Shown here: positions 1-9,800 of the stretch, piece after piece | How the letters are laid out: each line of letters begins with the position of its first letter | Numbering within the stretch: the stretch's first letter is position 1 | From: an uncultured cyanobacterium | Lineage (GTDB): Bacteria; Cyanobacteriota; Cyanobacteriia; Cyanobacteriales; Cyanobacteriaceae | Length of the DNA: 64,000 bases | NCBI GenBank assembly: GCA_963710605.1 | Contig: CAVQBA010000006.1 | Coordinates: 32,001 to 96,000 of the forward strand | Direction of reading: 5' to 3' | Notes under the pieces: generated by a model | Database searches by the model: none | What the model saw: the letters and a program-made list of their open reading frames with translations, nothing else | What the model was told of the DNA's origin: nothing | Position numbers and translations under genes: made by a program

Positions 1-1
1 G

Positions 2-226
2 CAAAATACGATCGTAGCGATCGATTGTGAAGATTTAGAAACCGAGCAAAAATCAAGTTGGCAAACATGGCAAACGGAAACTTATCGTTATGTTCGTCTT
101 TTAAATACAGAAATACTATTTTGGCGATCGTCACGACAAGCAGAAACAAAAAACGATCGTTTTTTAGCCATACAACAAAGATTAAGTAATATGATTCAAT
201 TAACCGATAAATTACTTAATAGTTGA
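2..226 (+). CDS. 3' end of PatD-like (heterocyst frequency control family) protein, truncated by window start
   Basis: Open frame from base 2 to TGA at 224-226 translates QNTIVAIDCEDLETEQKSSWQTWQTETYRYVRLLNTEILFWRSSRQAETKNDRFLAIQQRLSNMIQLTDKLLNS. This resembles the PatD-family QTE..R..RLL..E..F....RQ..T pattern (recalled, not searched). Confidence 0.6.
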   Translation, partial: QNTIVAIDCEDLETEQKSSWQTWQTETYRYVRLLNTEILFWRSSRQAETKNDRFLAIQQRLSNMIQLTDKLLNS

Positions 227-403
227 GAGTAAGGAGTAACGAGTCGTGTTATTAATTACTAATTGCTAATTACTAATTGCTAATTCAAACTGTGCTATGA
301 TGTTTAGGTTTCACAAATAAATATAGCAAGATACTGAGTGAGAATTATTCGGTATTTTATTTATTGATTAGAATTTGTTAAAAGAAAAAATATAGTAATT
401 CGT

Positions 404-1825
404 ATGAAAGTAACACAGGAAAAACTTCCTGCCAGTCAAATTGGTTTAAACATCGAGATACCAGCACCTCAAGCTCAAGAAACTTACGACAAAGTTGTCA
501 AAAATATAGCCAAAACAACTACCATTCCAGGTTTTCGTAAAGGAAAAATACCTCGCCCTATTTTACTTCAACGTTTAGGTAGTAAAAGAATTAAAGCCGC
601 TGTTTTAGAACAAATTGTTCAAGATACCTTTAGCAAAGCCGTTGAAGAGCAAGAAATTAATGTTCTTGGTAATTATCAGCTTCGTTCTGATTTTGAAGAA
701 TTAGTTGAGCAATATCAAGTCGGACAACCTTTTGTTTATGAAGCTTCAGTTGATGTTCCTCCAGAAGTAACTTTAGGACAGTATCAAGGACTACAGGTAA
801 AAGCTGAAGAAGTAGTTTATAATCCTGAAGATATTGATAATTTACTTCGTGAACAACAAGAAAAATTAGCAACTTTAATCCCAATCGAAGATCGACCTGC
901 TCAGTTAGATGATACTGTGATTATTGATTTTGAAGGACGTAATCCGGGTGAAAACGAAGGTGAAGAAGGAGATGTTATTCCTAACACCGAAGCTAAAGAA
1001 TATCAAACCGAATTACAGGAAGAAAAATTTATCCCCGGTTTTATCGCTGGTATTGTCGGGATGAATTTAAACGAAAGCAAAAAATTAGATTTAACTTTTC
1101 CTGAAGATTACCCTCAAGAAGAATTAGCTGGTAAACCTGTAATTTTTACTGTCACTCTTAAAGATATCAAAGTCAAAGAATTACCTGAATTAGATGATGA
1201 TTTTGCCGCTGATGCCAGCGAATTTGAAACTTTTGCCGAATTAAAAGAATCTTTAGAAAAGCAGTATCAAGAAAAAGCGGTTAATGATACTAACCAAAAA
1301 GTTTATGATGCTATTGTTGAAGAGTTATTAAAGCATACCACGATCGAAATACCTCACACCATGATGGAAGAGGAAACACAAAATATTTTGATGCAAACAG
1401 CCAGACAACTAGAAGGCTATGGTATGGATTTGAAACAGTTTTTTACTCCCGAAATGGTTGCTAAAATGCGTGAAACTGCCAAGCCAGAAGCAAGCAAAAA
1501 TCTACATACTACCTTAATCATCGATAAAATTGCTGAAACTGAAAATATTAGTCTTAGTGATGAAGAAATAGAAGCTAAGAAAAATGAAATCAGACAAAGT
1601 CTGAAACAAGATGAAGTTGATGAGGAAAAACTAAATAAGTTTGTTAAACAAGACTTATTAAGCGACAAAACTTTAGCATGGCTTAAAAACCAAAATGAAG
1701 TTGAATTAGTACCAGAAGGCACTCTTAACCCTCCTGAAGAAGATTCGAGTGAAGAGGCACAAGAGGCAGAAGAAGTATCTTCCGAGTCGCAACCAGAAGA
1801 AGAAATTGTCACTACAGATAGTTAA
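404..1825 (+). CDS. tig: Trigger factor
   Basis: MKVTQEKLPASQIGL start, IPGFRKGK ribosome-binding signature, FKBP-like central domain (FIPGF..GIVGM, TFPEDY). Confidence 0.97.
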   Translation: MKVTQEKLPASQIGLNIEIPAPQAQETYDKVVKNIAKTTTIPGFRKGKIPRPILLQRLGSKRIKAAVLEQIVQDTFSKAVEEQEINVLGNYQLRSDFEELVEQYQVGQPFVYEASVDVPPEVTLGQYQGLQVKAEEVVYNPEDIDNLLREQQEKLATLIPIEDRPAQLDDTVIIDFEGRNPGENEGEEGDVIPNTEAKEYQTELQEEKFIPGFIAGIVGMNLNESKKLDLTFPEDYPQEELAGKPVIFTVTLKDIKVKELPELDDDFAADASEFETFAELKESLEKQYQEKAVNDTNQKVYDAIVEELLKHTTIEIPHTMMEEETQNILMQTARQLEGYGMDLKQFFTPEMVAKMRETAKPEASKNLHTTLIIDKIAETENISLSDEEIEAKKNEIRQSLKQDEVDEEKLNKFVKQDLLSDKTLAWLKNQNEVELVPEGTLNPPEEDSSEEAQEAEEVSSESQPEEEIVTTDS

Positions 1826-1918
1826 TCTTAATCAGGAGTTACTCAGTATTTAGATAAGTAAAGAGTAAAAATGTTGCTCTTACTTACTTACTTACTTTTT
1901 AATACCTTAGGTTTACAC

Positions 1919-1944
1919 AAATCTCGTCCTTGATGACGGGATTT
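1919..1944 (+). terminator. Stem-loop downstream of tig, probable intrinsic terminator
   Basis: AAATCTCGTC-cttgat-GACGGGATTT: 10-bp stem with one G-U pair, followed by T-rich sequence. Confidence 0.5.
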
Positions 1945-1990
1945 TGCCTTATATTTTTTTTCTTATTAACTTTAATAATTATTAGTAATT

Positions 1991-2389
1991 ATGTCCGATA
2001 ATCAAATTTCTGAACTAAAATATGGAGAAAGAGCGATCGAAGAAAGTAAATTAATTACTTTTCCTAATCCTCGTCCTGGTCGTGTTTATAATATTAGTGT
2101 CAGTTTACCCGAGTTTACTTGTAAATGTCCTTTCTCTGGTTATCCTGATTTTGCGACTATTTATATCAATTATTCTCCTGATGAAACAGTAGTAGAATTA
2201 AAAGCCATCAAATTGTATATCAATAGTTATCGAGAGCGTTATATATCTCATGAAGAGACAATCAACCAGATTTTAGACGATTTTGTCGCCGCTTGCGATC
2301 CTTTATCGATTACGATCAAAGGAGATTATTATCCTCGTGGTAACGTACATACTGTCGTTGAAGTTAGCCATCAAAAAAACCAAGGATGA
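1991..2389 (+). CDS. queF: NADPH-dependent 7-cyano-7-deazaguanine (preQ0) reductase, type I
   Basis: PEFTCKCPFSGYPDFA, ELKAIKLY, SHE and PRG motifs. Confidence 0.96.
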   Translation: MSDNQISELKYGERAIEESKLITFPNPRPGRVYNISVSLPEFTCKCPFSGYPDFATIYINYSPDETVVELKAIKLYINSYRERYISHEETINQILDDFVAACDPLSITIKGDYYPRGNVHTVVEVSHQKNQG

Positions 2390-2447
2390 CGAGCTAAAAT
2401 AGGAAGTAAAAAGTAATAGCTAGTTTATTGCTAACTATTAACTTTTC

Positions 2448-3353
2448 TTAGCGATACATTTTGTTACGCCACTTATTTAAGGTTTGATTACCAATTGAAG
2501 CAACTGATTCTAATTCAGCTACTTTTTTTTCTAAACGGGTAATGGTATTTTGCTGTTCTTGATTAGTTTTTTGTAAATTAGCAAAACTTTGATTATGATT
2601 GACGGTAATTTGATTTGCCCTAGTTTGTAATTGTCTTATTTGTTCGTTTTGAGATTGGTTTTGTTGTTTTAATTGAGCAATTAAATTATCTTTTTTCTCC
2701 ATTTCTTGGGTGAATTTTGCTGACTGATTCGCTGATGATGTTTCTTCATTTTGCCAGTTAGTAGCATCTTCTTTTAATCGATTAATTTCTTGATTTAAAT
2801 TATCGATTGTTATTTGTTTTTCGTCACTCGATTTTTCTAAATCAATTATTTGCTGACTTGTTTTTTCAGTTTTGTCTTTAGCTTGAGCTAAATCTTTTTT
2901 AAAGCTTTCGGAAATCAAAGAAACTTCAGCTAATTTTACTTGTAAAGAGTAATTTTCTTGGTCTTTTTCTTGTAAATTATTTTCTATTTGCTCAATCTTT
3001 TTTTCGAGGGTACTAATAGTTTCTTCTTGAGCTGAAATTTGGTTATTCTGAAGATTAGAATCAGAATCTTTTGGTTCTTTATTTAACTCATCAACAACTT
3101 CTACTGTTAAATTAAGATCATCTTTAGTCTCGCTAGAAGTATCATCAAATTTTAAATTGACTAATTTTTTAGCGTCCTCATTAGCCAGCGAAATAGAGCC
3201 ATCTAAAATACCTTCAAAAAAATCTGATTTAGTTAATTCTACTTCGTTGATGATTTTTTCTAAAGCTGATTTCGATTGAAGCGTAATCGATAAATTAACT
3301 TTAGCTTTAGGATTACTTAAACCTTTGCTTGTTTTTGTAGTTCTTCTAGCCAT
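2448..3353 (-). CDS. Hypothetical protein with N-terminal ribbon-helix-helix-like segment and long coiled coil
   Basis: 301-aa ORF. KVNLSIT...LEKI.....TKSDFFE N-terminus, then a Q/E/K-rich heptad region. Confidence 0.7.
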   Translation of the reverse strand: MARRTTKTSKGLSNPKAKVNLSITLQSKSALEKIINEVELTKSDFFEGILDGSISLANEDAKKLVNLKFDDTSSETKDDLNLTVEVVDELNKEPKDSDSNLQNNQISAQEETISTLEKKIEQIENNLQEKDQENYSLQVKLAEVSLISESFKKDLAQAKDKTEKTSQQIIDLEKSSDEKQITIDNLNQEINRLKEDATNWQNEETSSANQSAKFTQEMEKKDNLIAQLKQQNQSQNEQIRQLQTRANQITVNHNQSFANLQKTNQEQQNTITRLEKKVAELESVASIGNQTLNKWRNKMYR

Positions 3354-3607
3354 ATTTTAGTTCCTTAACGCAGAGATGCGATCACTATATATATCAAGTT
3401 ATTGTATTATAAATTACATTTTTTCCCTATCAAATGCAATAAAACTTTATATATTTAGATATCATCTGAAGAGTGTTTGGTTGAGAATAAATTGGTTAAT
3501 TGATAATTAACGACTAAATATTTAGATGTTTCTTTACCCTTGATTTATCGAATTTTTTGATGAATATGGTATGGGAACTTTTATACGTCAAAAATAAATC
3601 AATTCTC

Positions 3608-3647
3608 AATTCTCACCGAATAATTGCTTCAAGCAAGAATTCATCTC
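3608..3647. repeat. Small dispersed repeat AATTCTCACCGAATAATTGC...GCAAGAATTCATCTC (copy 1)
   Basis: The 20-mer recurs exactly, inverted, at 17957-17976. It recurs with one mismatch at 59462-59481, where the GCAAGAATTCATCTC tail is also shared. Confidence 0.75.
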
Positions 3648-3656
3648 AATTCATGA

Positions 3657-4307
3657 TTACTGTCTTCTTTCTTGTAGTTTTTTATAAACATCTCGCAGAT
3701 TAACATTATGATAAGCTAAGGCAACCAAACTGTGGTAAAATAAATCGGCAAATTCCCCAGCAATTTGTTGAGGATCATCATCTTTACACGCCATTACAAC
3801 TTCAGCGGCTTCTTCGCCAATTTTTTTAAGAATTTTGTTGTCTCCACCTTCATACAATTTACAGGTGTAAGATTCGGCAACAGGATGTTCTTTCCGATCG
3901 CTGATAATTTTAAATAATTCTGATAAAGTATCAGCAGGAGGAGCAGATTTAGAATGATCGATTTGATGAAAACAACTTCTTTCACCTTTATGACAAGCTA
4001 CATCACCAATTTGTTCGATCGTTAAAAGTAGTGCATCACTATCACAATCGTAGCGAATAGTTTTAATTTTTTGAATATGTCCTGAGGTTGCACCCTTATG
4101 CCATAATTCTTGACGAGAACGACTCCAATACCACGCCTCGCCAGTATCGATCGTTTTTTGTAATGATTCTTTATTCATCCATGCCATCATCAAAACTGTA
4201 CCATCAAGATAATCTTGAGTAATAGCAGGAACTAATCCTTGGTCATTATAAGCGATTTTTTCTACAGGGATAGATTGACTCAGAGGTATGGAAGGATTAA
4301 CTGACAT
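3657..4307 (-). CDS. hisIE: Bifunctional phosphoribosyl-AMP cyclohydrolase / phosphoribosyl-ATP pyrophosphatase
   Basis: [24 protein letters not shown] and KKIGEEAAE motifs. Confidence 0.97.
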   Translation of the reverse strand: MSVNPSIPLSQSIPVEKIAYNDQGLVPAITQDYLDGTVLMMAWMNKESLQKTIDTGEAWYWSRSRQELWHKGATSGHIQKIKTIRYDCDSDALLLTIEQIGDVACHKGERSCFHQIDHSKSAPPADTLSELFKIISDRKEHPVAESYTCKLYEGGDNKILKKIGEEAAEVVMACKDDDPQQIAGEFADLFYHSLVALAYHNVNLRDVYKKLQERRQ

Positions 4308-4388
4308 TTGATTTGATGGACTGCAATTATTATGTAAAACTTAAAACTAATTCCCTATCATATCAGTATTATGACCATTAACTATTGA

Positions 4389-4432
4389 CAATGAACAATG
4401 AACGTGCGAACAATGAACAATGAACGTGCGAA
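4389..4432. repeat. Tandem 22-bp duplication (CAATGAACAATGAACGTGCGAA x2)
   Basis: Two exact adjacent copies in the hisIE-rsmA intergenic region, built partly from CAATGAA heptamers. Confidence 0.8.
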
Positions 4433-4500
4433 CAACTATTAAAAAATGAAGAATAAAATATTAATTCTCCATTCTCCATTCTCAATTATCAATTCTTAAT

Positions 4501-5325
4501 ATGGCTATTAAAGCACGCAAACAATTTGGACAACATTGGTTAAAAAATAAAAATGTTCTTGAGCAAATTATTGCCACCGCTCAAATCAGTGAAAAGGATA
4601 AGATTCTAGAAATAGGACCAGGAAAAGGAGTTTTAACCGAAAGACTTTTTAAATTTGCTGATAAATTATTAGCCGTCGAAATCGATCGAGATTTATGTAA
4701 ATTTCTAGTTAATAAATATGGAGATTTAGATAACTTTCTCTTATTAGAAGGAGACTTTCTCGATTTAGATACAAAAAGTATTTTAGAAAGATTTCCTCAA
4801 TTTGCTAACTATAATAAAGTAGTTGCTAATATTCCTTATAACATCACAGGACCAATTATCGAGAAACTTTTAGGCACGATTAGTAAACCAGCAGATAGAC
4901 AATTAGAATCGATCGTTTTATTAGTCCAAAAAGAAGTAGGGCAAAGATTAGTCGCTGTACCTAATAACAAAATATATGGTGCTTTAACAGTCAGAGTACA
5001 GTATCTTGCTGATTGCGAAATAACTTGTGATGTACCGGCTAAAGACTTTTATCCTCGCCCTAAAGTAGATTCAGTGGTAGTTAAAATCACTCCCAGAAAA
5101 ATTGCTCAACCTGCGGATAATCCCAAACTTTTAGAAAGCTTGATTAAAGTCGGTTTTTCTAGTCGTCGAAAAATGTTAAAAAATAATCTTAAAAGTATAG
5201 TCGATCAAGATAAACTCAATGAAATATTAACCCAATTACAATTAAATCCTCAAGTAAGAGCAGAAAATTTAAGTGTTGAAGAATGGATTAAATTAAGTAA
5301 TAATTTGAATTCTTTGGAAGAATAG
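4501..5325 (+). CDS. rsmA: 16S rRNA adenine dimethyltransferase
   Basis: FGQHWL, LEIGPGKG, VANIPYNIT, F.PRPKVDS and RAE.LS motifs. Confidence 0.97.
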   Translation: MAIKARKQFGQHWLKNKNVLEQIIATAQISEKDKILEIGPGKGVLTERLFKFADKLLAVEIDRDLCKFLVNKYGDLDNFLLLEGDFLDLDTKSILERFPQFANYNKVVANIPYNITGPIIEKLLGTISKPADRQLESIVLLVQKEVGQRLVAVPNNKIYGALTVRVQYLADCEITCDVPAKDFYPRPKVDSVVVKITPRKIAQPADNPKLLESLIKVGFSSRRKMLKNNLKSIVDQDKLNEILTQLQLNPQVRAENLSVEEWIKLSNNLNSLEE

Positions 5326-5377
5326 CTTAAAAAGTGTGAATATATTTTACTAAAGGCTATATTTACCCATCTTTTGT

Positions 5378-5545
5378 CTAATATTTTTCTTTTACATCTT
5401 CCCAATCGATTTCATTTTCATCTTTTCTTTCTTGAGAGACAAGCACATCAGAAAAATCTTCCCACAAGTCACCATATTTATCTAAATCAATTAATACAGC
5501 TTTTTTATCACCTTTCTCATCAATAACAAAACTAATTCCTTGCAT
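5378..5545 (-). CDS. Small (55 aa) antitoxin-like protein, absent from the ORF track
   Basis: ATG at 5545 to TAG at 5378: MQGISFVIDEKGDKKAVLIDLDKYGDLWEDFSDVLVSQERKDENEIDWEDVKEKY. Resembles short RelB-type antitoxins (V.DEKG.K.AVLI..., I.WE.VK). Confidence 0.65.
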   Translation of the reverse strand: MQGISFVIDEKGDKKAVLIDLDKYGDLWEDFSDVLVSQERKDENEIDWEDVKEKY

Positions 5546-5593
5546 AACTGTATTTTCTATAAAATCTTAATTATTATTGTATCCGAATGAAAA

Positions 5594-5640
5594 GACGATC
5601 TTTCTCACCACACCTTATAATTTAACGAGATAAAGACGAT
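5594..5640. repeat. 47-bp direct repeat, left copy
   Basis: 39/47 identical, ungapped, to 6176-6222. Both ends carry CGAT(CG)-type HIP1 cores. Confidence 0.85.
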
Positions 5641-5693
5641 CGAACAAGACTTATAGCATCATCAGTTTGTTAAAATCCAAACATTAATATTAT

Positions 5694-5885
5694 TCAACTG
5701 ATTGCATCAATAACTTGTTTTACTATTTTAGGATGAAGTATTTTTTTGCCATGAAAAGGAATAACAACTCTAATATTTTCTTTCTGGTATATGCGATGAC
5801 TTCCCTGACTTCTAATAAGAGTAAAATTAGCATCTAATAATAATTTTTCTGCTTCTTTTGCATTTAATCTCGGTAATTTAGGCAA
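5694..5885 (-). CDS. hicA: HicA-family toxin (mRNA interferase)
   Basis: 63 aa with RSQGSH..Y and V.IP.HG motifs. Overlaps the upstream hicB stop. Confidence 0.9.
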   Translation of the reverse strand: MPKLPRLNAKEAEKLLLDANFTLIRSQGSHRIYQKENIRVVIPFHGKKILHPKIVKQVIDAIS

Positions 5886-6111
5886 CTGATACCTCCATAC
5901 TTACCGTAGAAATTTCCTTAGTCAATAATAATTGTCTTTCTTCCTCGTTTAAAGTGGAGATATATAACTCTATTGCCTCTTGAATATTAGTTTTAATTTC
6001 ATCTAACGAATCACCCTGACTTTGGCATCCTTCTAGTTGGGGGCAATATGCGTAATATCCATATTCATCTTTTTCGATGATGACAGTTACATGGTAGGAG
6101 TTATTGCTCAT
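5878..6111 (-). CDS. hicB: HicB-family antitoxin, short form without DNA-binding domain
   Basis: Y.AYCPQLEGCQSQGDSLDE..NIQEAIELY motif. Lies upstream of hicA (hicBA order). Confidence 0.9.
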   Translation of the reverse strand: MSNNSYHVTVIIEKDEYGYYAYCPQLEGCQSQGDSLDEIKTNIQEAIELYISTLNEEERQLLLTKEISTVSMEVSVA

Positions 6112-6175
6112 TTTAATTTCGTATAAACCATCAAATTTTAACTACTATCATAATTTTAATCTTGATTGCCAAAAC

Positions 6176-6222
6176 GTCGATCGTTCTCAGCACAATTTAT
6201 AATGTAACGACACAAAGACGAT
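6176..6222. repeat. 47-bp direct repeat, right copy
   Basis: GTCGATCGTTCTCAGCACAATTTATAATGTAACGACACAAAGACGAT versus the left copy GACGATCTTTCTCACCACACCTTATAATTTAACGAGATAAAGACGAT. Confidence 0.85.
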
Positions 6223-6294
6223 TTTTACTTATTAAAAATAAACATCGATATCACTAGGCGAAAGCTCAAAAGATAAAGAAGATAAAATATGTTA

Positions 6295-6585
6295 TTATCT
6301 TGGTGCTTTTTTCCATCCTGCATTAATAGCTTCTTGCTCACTACAAAACCATTTTTCTCCATGTTCGGACTGTATTCTTGTCTTCTCATAATCTTTTTGT
6401 CCAGGAACATGATAAATTTTATTACCACTATTAATTGATATATTACCTTTGATTTTGCAGGTTGAATTGAGGTTACTATTTGGAGAATTAGGAATATTTT
6501 CTGAGACAGGAGGAAGGTTACGCTCTTTGATAGTAATGAAATAACCAATACCGAAGATTATTAATGTAAATAGCAATTTTTTCAT
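6295..6585 (-). CDS. Small exported protein with CxIKGNI...IYH.PG...WFCSE.EA..AGW domain (ExoI/thermonuclease-associated C-terminal type)
   Basis: Hydrophobic N-terminus followed by the recognisable IKGN/WFCSE domain. Confidence 0.75.
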   Translation of the reverse strand: MKKLLFTLIIFGIGYFITIKERNLPPVSENIPNSPNSNLNSTCKIKGNISINSGNKIYHVPGQKDYEKTRIQSEHGEKWFCSEQEAINAGWKKAPR

Positions 6586-6820
6586 GTAATTATTTGTAAT
6601 TATAATAAATTAACGATCGATATTCTTAAGCCAAGTTTTCTTATTTGCTAAATATCATTTTGATGTCCATCTTTTAAATCAATCAATTAGTTTATTTTGT
6701 TACACATCATTCTAATCGATTATTTTAGTTTATTCGATCGCTCTCAAATTACGTTAAACTAGTAGATTAAACTACCCCACAAAACAAAAGCCAACATTTT
6801 ATAACGTTAGTGATTACTCG

Positions 6821-9800
6821 ATGAAAAGCCTATTTTTAGAAAGATTAAATAGTCCACAACGTCCCGTGTTAGTATTGGATGGGGCAATGGGAACAAATTT
6901 ACAAGTGCAAAACCTTACCGCTGAAGACTTTGGCGGAGCAGAATATGAAGGTTGTAACGAATATTTAGTCCATACTAAACCAGAAGCCGTAGAAATTGTC
7001 CATAGAGGCTTTCTGGAGGCGGGAGCGGATGTCATTGAAACCGATACCTTTGGTGGCACACCCTTAGTCTTAGCCGAATATGATTTAGCAGACAAATCTT
7101 ACTACCTCAATAAAACTGCCGCCGAGTTAGCCAAAAAAGTAGCTCAAGAATTCTCCACACCCGAAAAACCCCGTTTCGTGGCAGGAAGTATAGGACCTGG
7201 TACTAAATTACCAACTTTAGGACATATTGATTACGATCGTCTTAAAGATGCTTACGTAACTCAAGTAAACGGCTTATACGACGGTGGTGTAGATTTATTC
7301 TTAGTGGAAACCTGTCAAGATGTTTTACAAATAAAAGCCGTCTTAAACGCCATCGAAGAAGTATTTACGGAGAAAGGAAAAAGACTCCCTTTGATGGTAT
7401 CAGTAACCATAGAAGACTTTGGCACAATGTTAGTCGGTACAGAAATTAACGCCGTTGTTGCTATCCTCGAACCTTATCCGATCGATATATTAGGCTTAAA
7501 CTGTGCGACTGGTCCGGATTTGATGAAGCCTCATATCAAATATCTCAGTGAAAATTCTCCCTTCATCGTTTCTTGTGTACCCAATGCAGGTTTACCTGAA
7601 AACATTGGCGGACAAGCCCACTACAAATTAACACCGATCGAATTGAAAATGGCATTGATGCACTTCGTTGAAGACTTAGGAGTGCAAATTATTGGTGGTT
7701 GTTGCGGTACAGACCAGCTCATATCAAAGCTTTAGCCGAGATTACGACAACTCTAACCCCCAAGCAAAGAGAATATAATTATGAGCCTTCAGCCGCTTCA
7801 ATTTACAGCACAACTACTTATACTCAAGACAATTCTTTCCTCATTATTGGTGAAAGATTAAATGCCAGTGGTTCAAAAAAATGTCGTACTCTTCTTAATG
7901 AAGAAGATTGGGATGGTTTAATTTCTCTAGCAAAAAATCAAGTCAAAGAAGGTGCGCACGTCTTAGATGTCAACGTCGATTATGTTGGGCGTGATGGTGT
8001 CAAAGATATGCACGAGTTAGCTTCTCGTTTGGTCAACAACGTTACCTTACCCTTGATGTTAGATTCCACTGAATGGCAAAAAATGGAAGCAGGATTAAAA
8101 GTAGCTGGTGGTAAATGTATCCTTAATTCTACTAACTATGAAGACGGGGAAGAGAGGTTTTTTAAAGTACTTCAATTAGCCAAAAAATACGGTGCAGGAG
8201 TCGTGATCGGGACGATCGATGAGGAGGGAATGGCTCGGACAGCCGAACAGAAATTTGCGATCGCTAAACGTGCCTATGAGGATGCGAAAAAATTTGGTCT
8301 TCCTCCTTATGAATTATTTTATGATCCTTTAGCACTACCTATTTCAACTGGGATTGAAGAAGATCGAGAAAACGGAAAAGCAACAGTAGAAGCAATCAAA
8401 CGTATTCGAGAAGAGTTACCTGAATGTCATATTCTCCTTGGTATTTCTAATATCTCTTTTGGTTTGAATCCTGCCTCTCGTCAAGTATTGAATTCGATCT
8501 TTTTACATGAATGTATGCAAGTAGGTTTGGATGGAGCGATCGTTTCACCTAATAAAATATTACCATTAGCGAAGATTGATGAAGAGCCGTTAAAAGTATG
8601 TCTTGATTTGATTTACGATCGACGAGAATTCAATGATAATATTTGTAGTTATGATCCCCTAATTAAATTAACTACTTTATACGAAGGTAAAACCACTAAA
8701 AGTAACAAGAAAAATGTAGCCGATTTACCGATCGAAGAAAGACTCAAACAACATATCATTGAAGGAGAAAGAATAGGTTTAGAAGATGCTTTAAATATCG
8801 CCTTAGAAAGTTATCCACCATTAGATGTGATCAATATCTATTTATTAGACGGCATGAAAGTTGTTGGTGAATTATTTGGTAACGGACAAATGCAATTACC
8901 TTTTGTTTTACAGTCAGCCCAAACTATGAAAGCGGCGGTGGCTTATCTCGAACCTTTTATGGATAAAGACGAAGCCGATGATAGCGGAAAAGGTAAGTTT
9001 TTAATCGCTACAGTTAAAGGAGATGTCCACGATATTGGTAAAAATTTAGTCGATATTATTCTCTCTAATAATGGCTATAAAGTTATTAATTTAGGTATCA
9101 AACAACCTGTCGAAAATATTCTTAAAGCCTACCATGAACATCAACCAGATTGTATTGCCATGAGTGGTTTATTAGTCAAATCTACTGCTTTTATGAAAGA
9201 TAACCTAGATACCTTTAACAAAGAAGGTATAAACGTTCCCGTCATTCTAGGTGGTGCGGCACTTACTCCCAAATTTGTTCATGGTGATTGTCAAGATGTT
9301 TATCAAGGTAAGGTAGTTTACGGTAAAGATGCTTTTGCTGATTTGAATTTTATGGACAAATTAATGCCCGCTAAAAAATCAGATCAATGGAATGATGTTA
9401 GTGGTTTTTTAGGCGAATTTTTAGAGCAAAATGAATACTTTGCAGGTAGAGCTAAAAATGAAGAAAATGGCGATAATAATAAAGAAGAAAAAGAAGTAAA
9501 AAATAAAGAACCAGAAGTAATAGATACTCGCCGTAGTGAAGCTGTAGATATTAATATAAAACGTCCAACACCTCCTTTTTGGGGTACTAAAATATTATCA
9601 CCAGAAGATTTTGATTTAGACGAACTTTTTTGGTATTTAGACTTACAAGCACTTTTTGCAGGGCAATGGCAATTTCGTAAACCTCAAGGGCAACCAAGAG
9701 AAGAATATAACGAATTTTTAGCTGAAAAAGTACACCCTATTTTAGATGAGTGGAAAGCTAAAGTTAAAGCCGAAAATCTATTACATCCCACATTAATTTA

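Noticed and set aside
657-1812. Antisense ORFs inside tig, and similar shadow ORFs inside metH, the ATPase, permease, livF, TPR gene, cbiX, ftsZ, chlI, ilvN, pilT, lysS, the kinase and uvrA
   Set aside because: They overlap well-supported genes on the opposite strand and have no recognisable motifs.
1826-1990. preQ1 riboswitch upstream of queF
   Set aside because: No preQ1 aptamer consensus is visible. The only structure is a hairpin that fits a tig terminator.
4389-4432. Possible CRISPR array (also the heptamer arrays at 24312 and 48258)
   Set aside because: Repeats are contiguous with no unique spacers, and no cas genes are present.
6225-6548. 107-aa alternative-frame ORF overlapping 6295-6585
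   Set aside because: The 96-aa frame carries a recognisable domain and signal sequence. This frame does not.
7699-7735. Programmed ribosomal frameshift in metH
   Set aside because: No slippery sequence or stimulatory structure is visible, and other 1-nt indels in the window point to sequence error or mutation.
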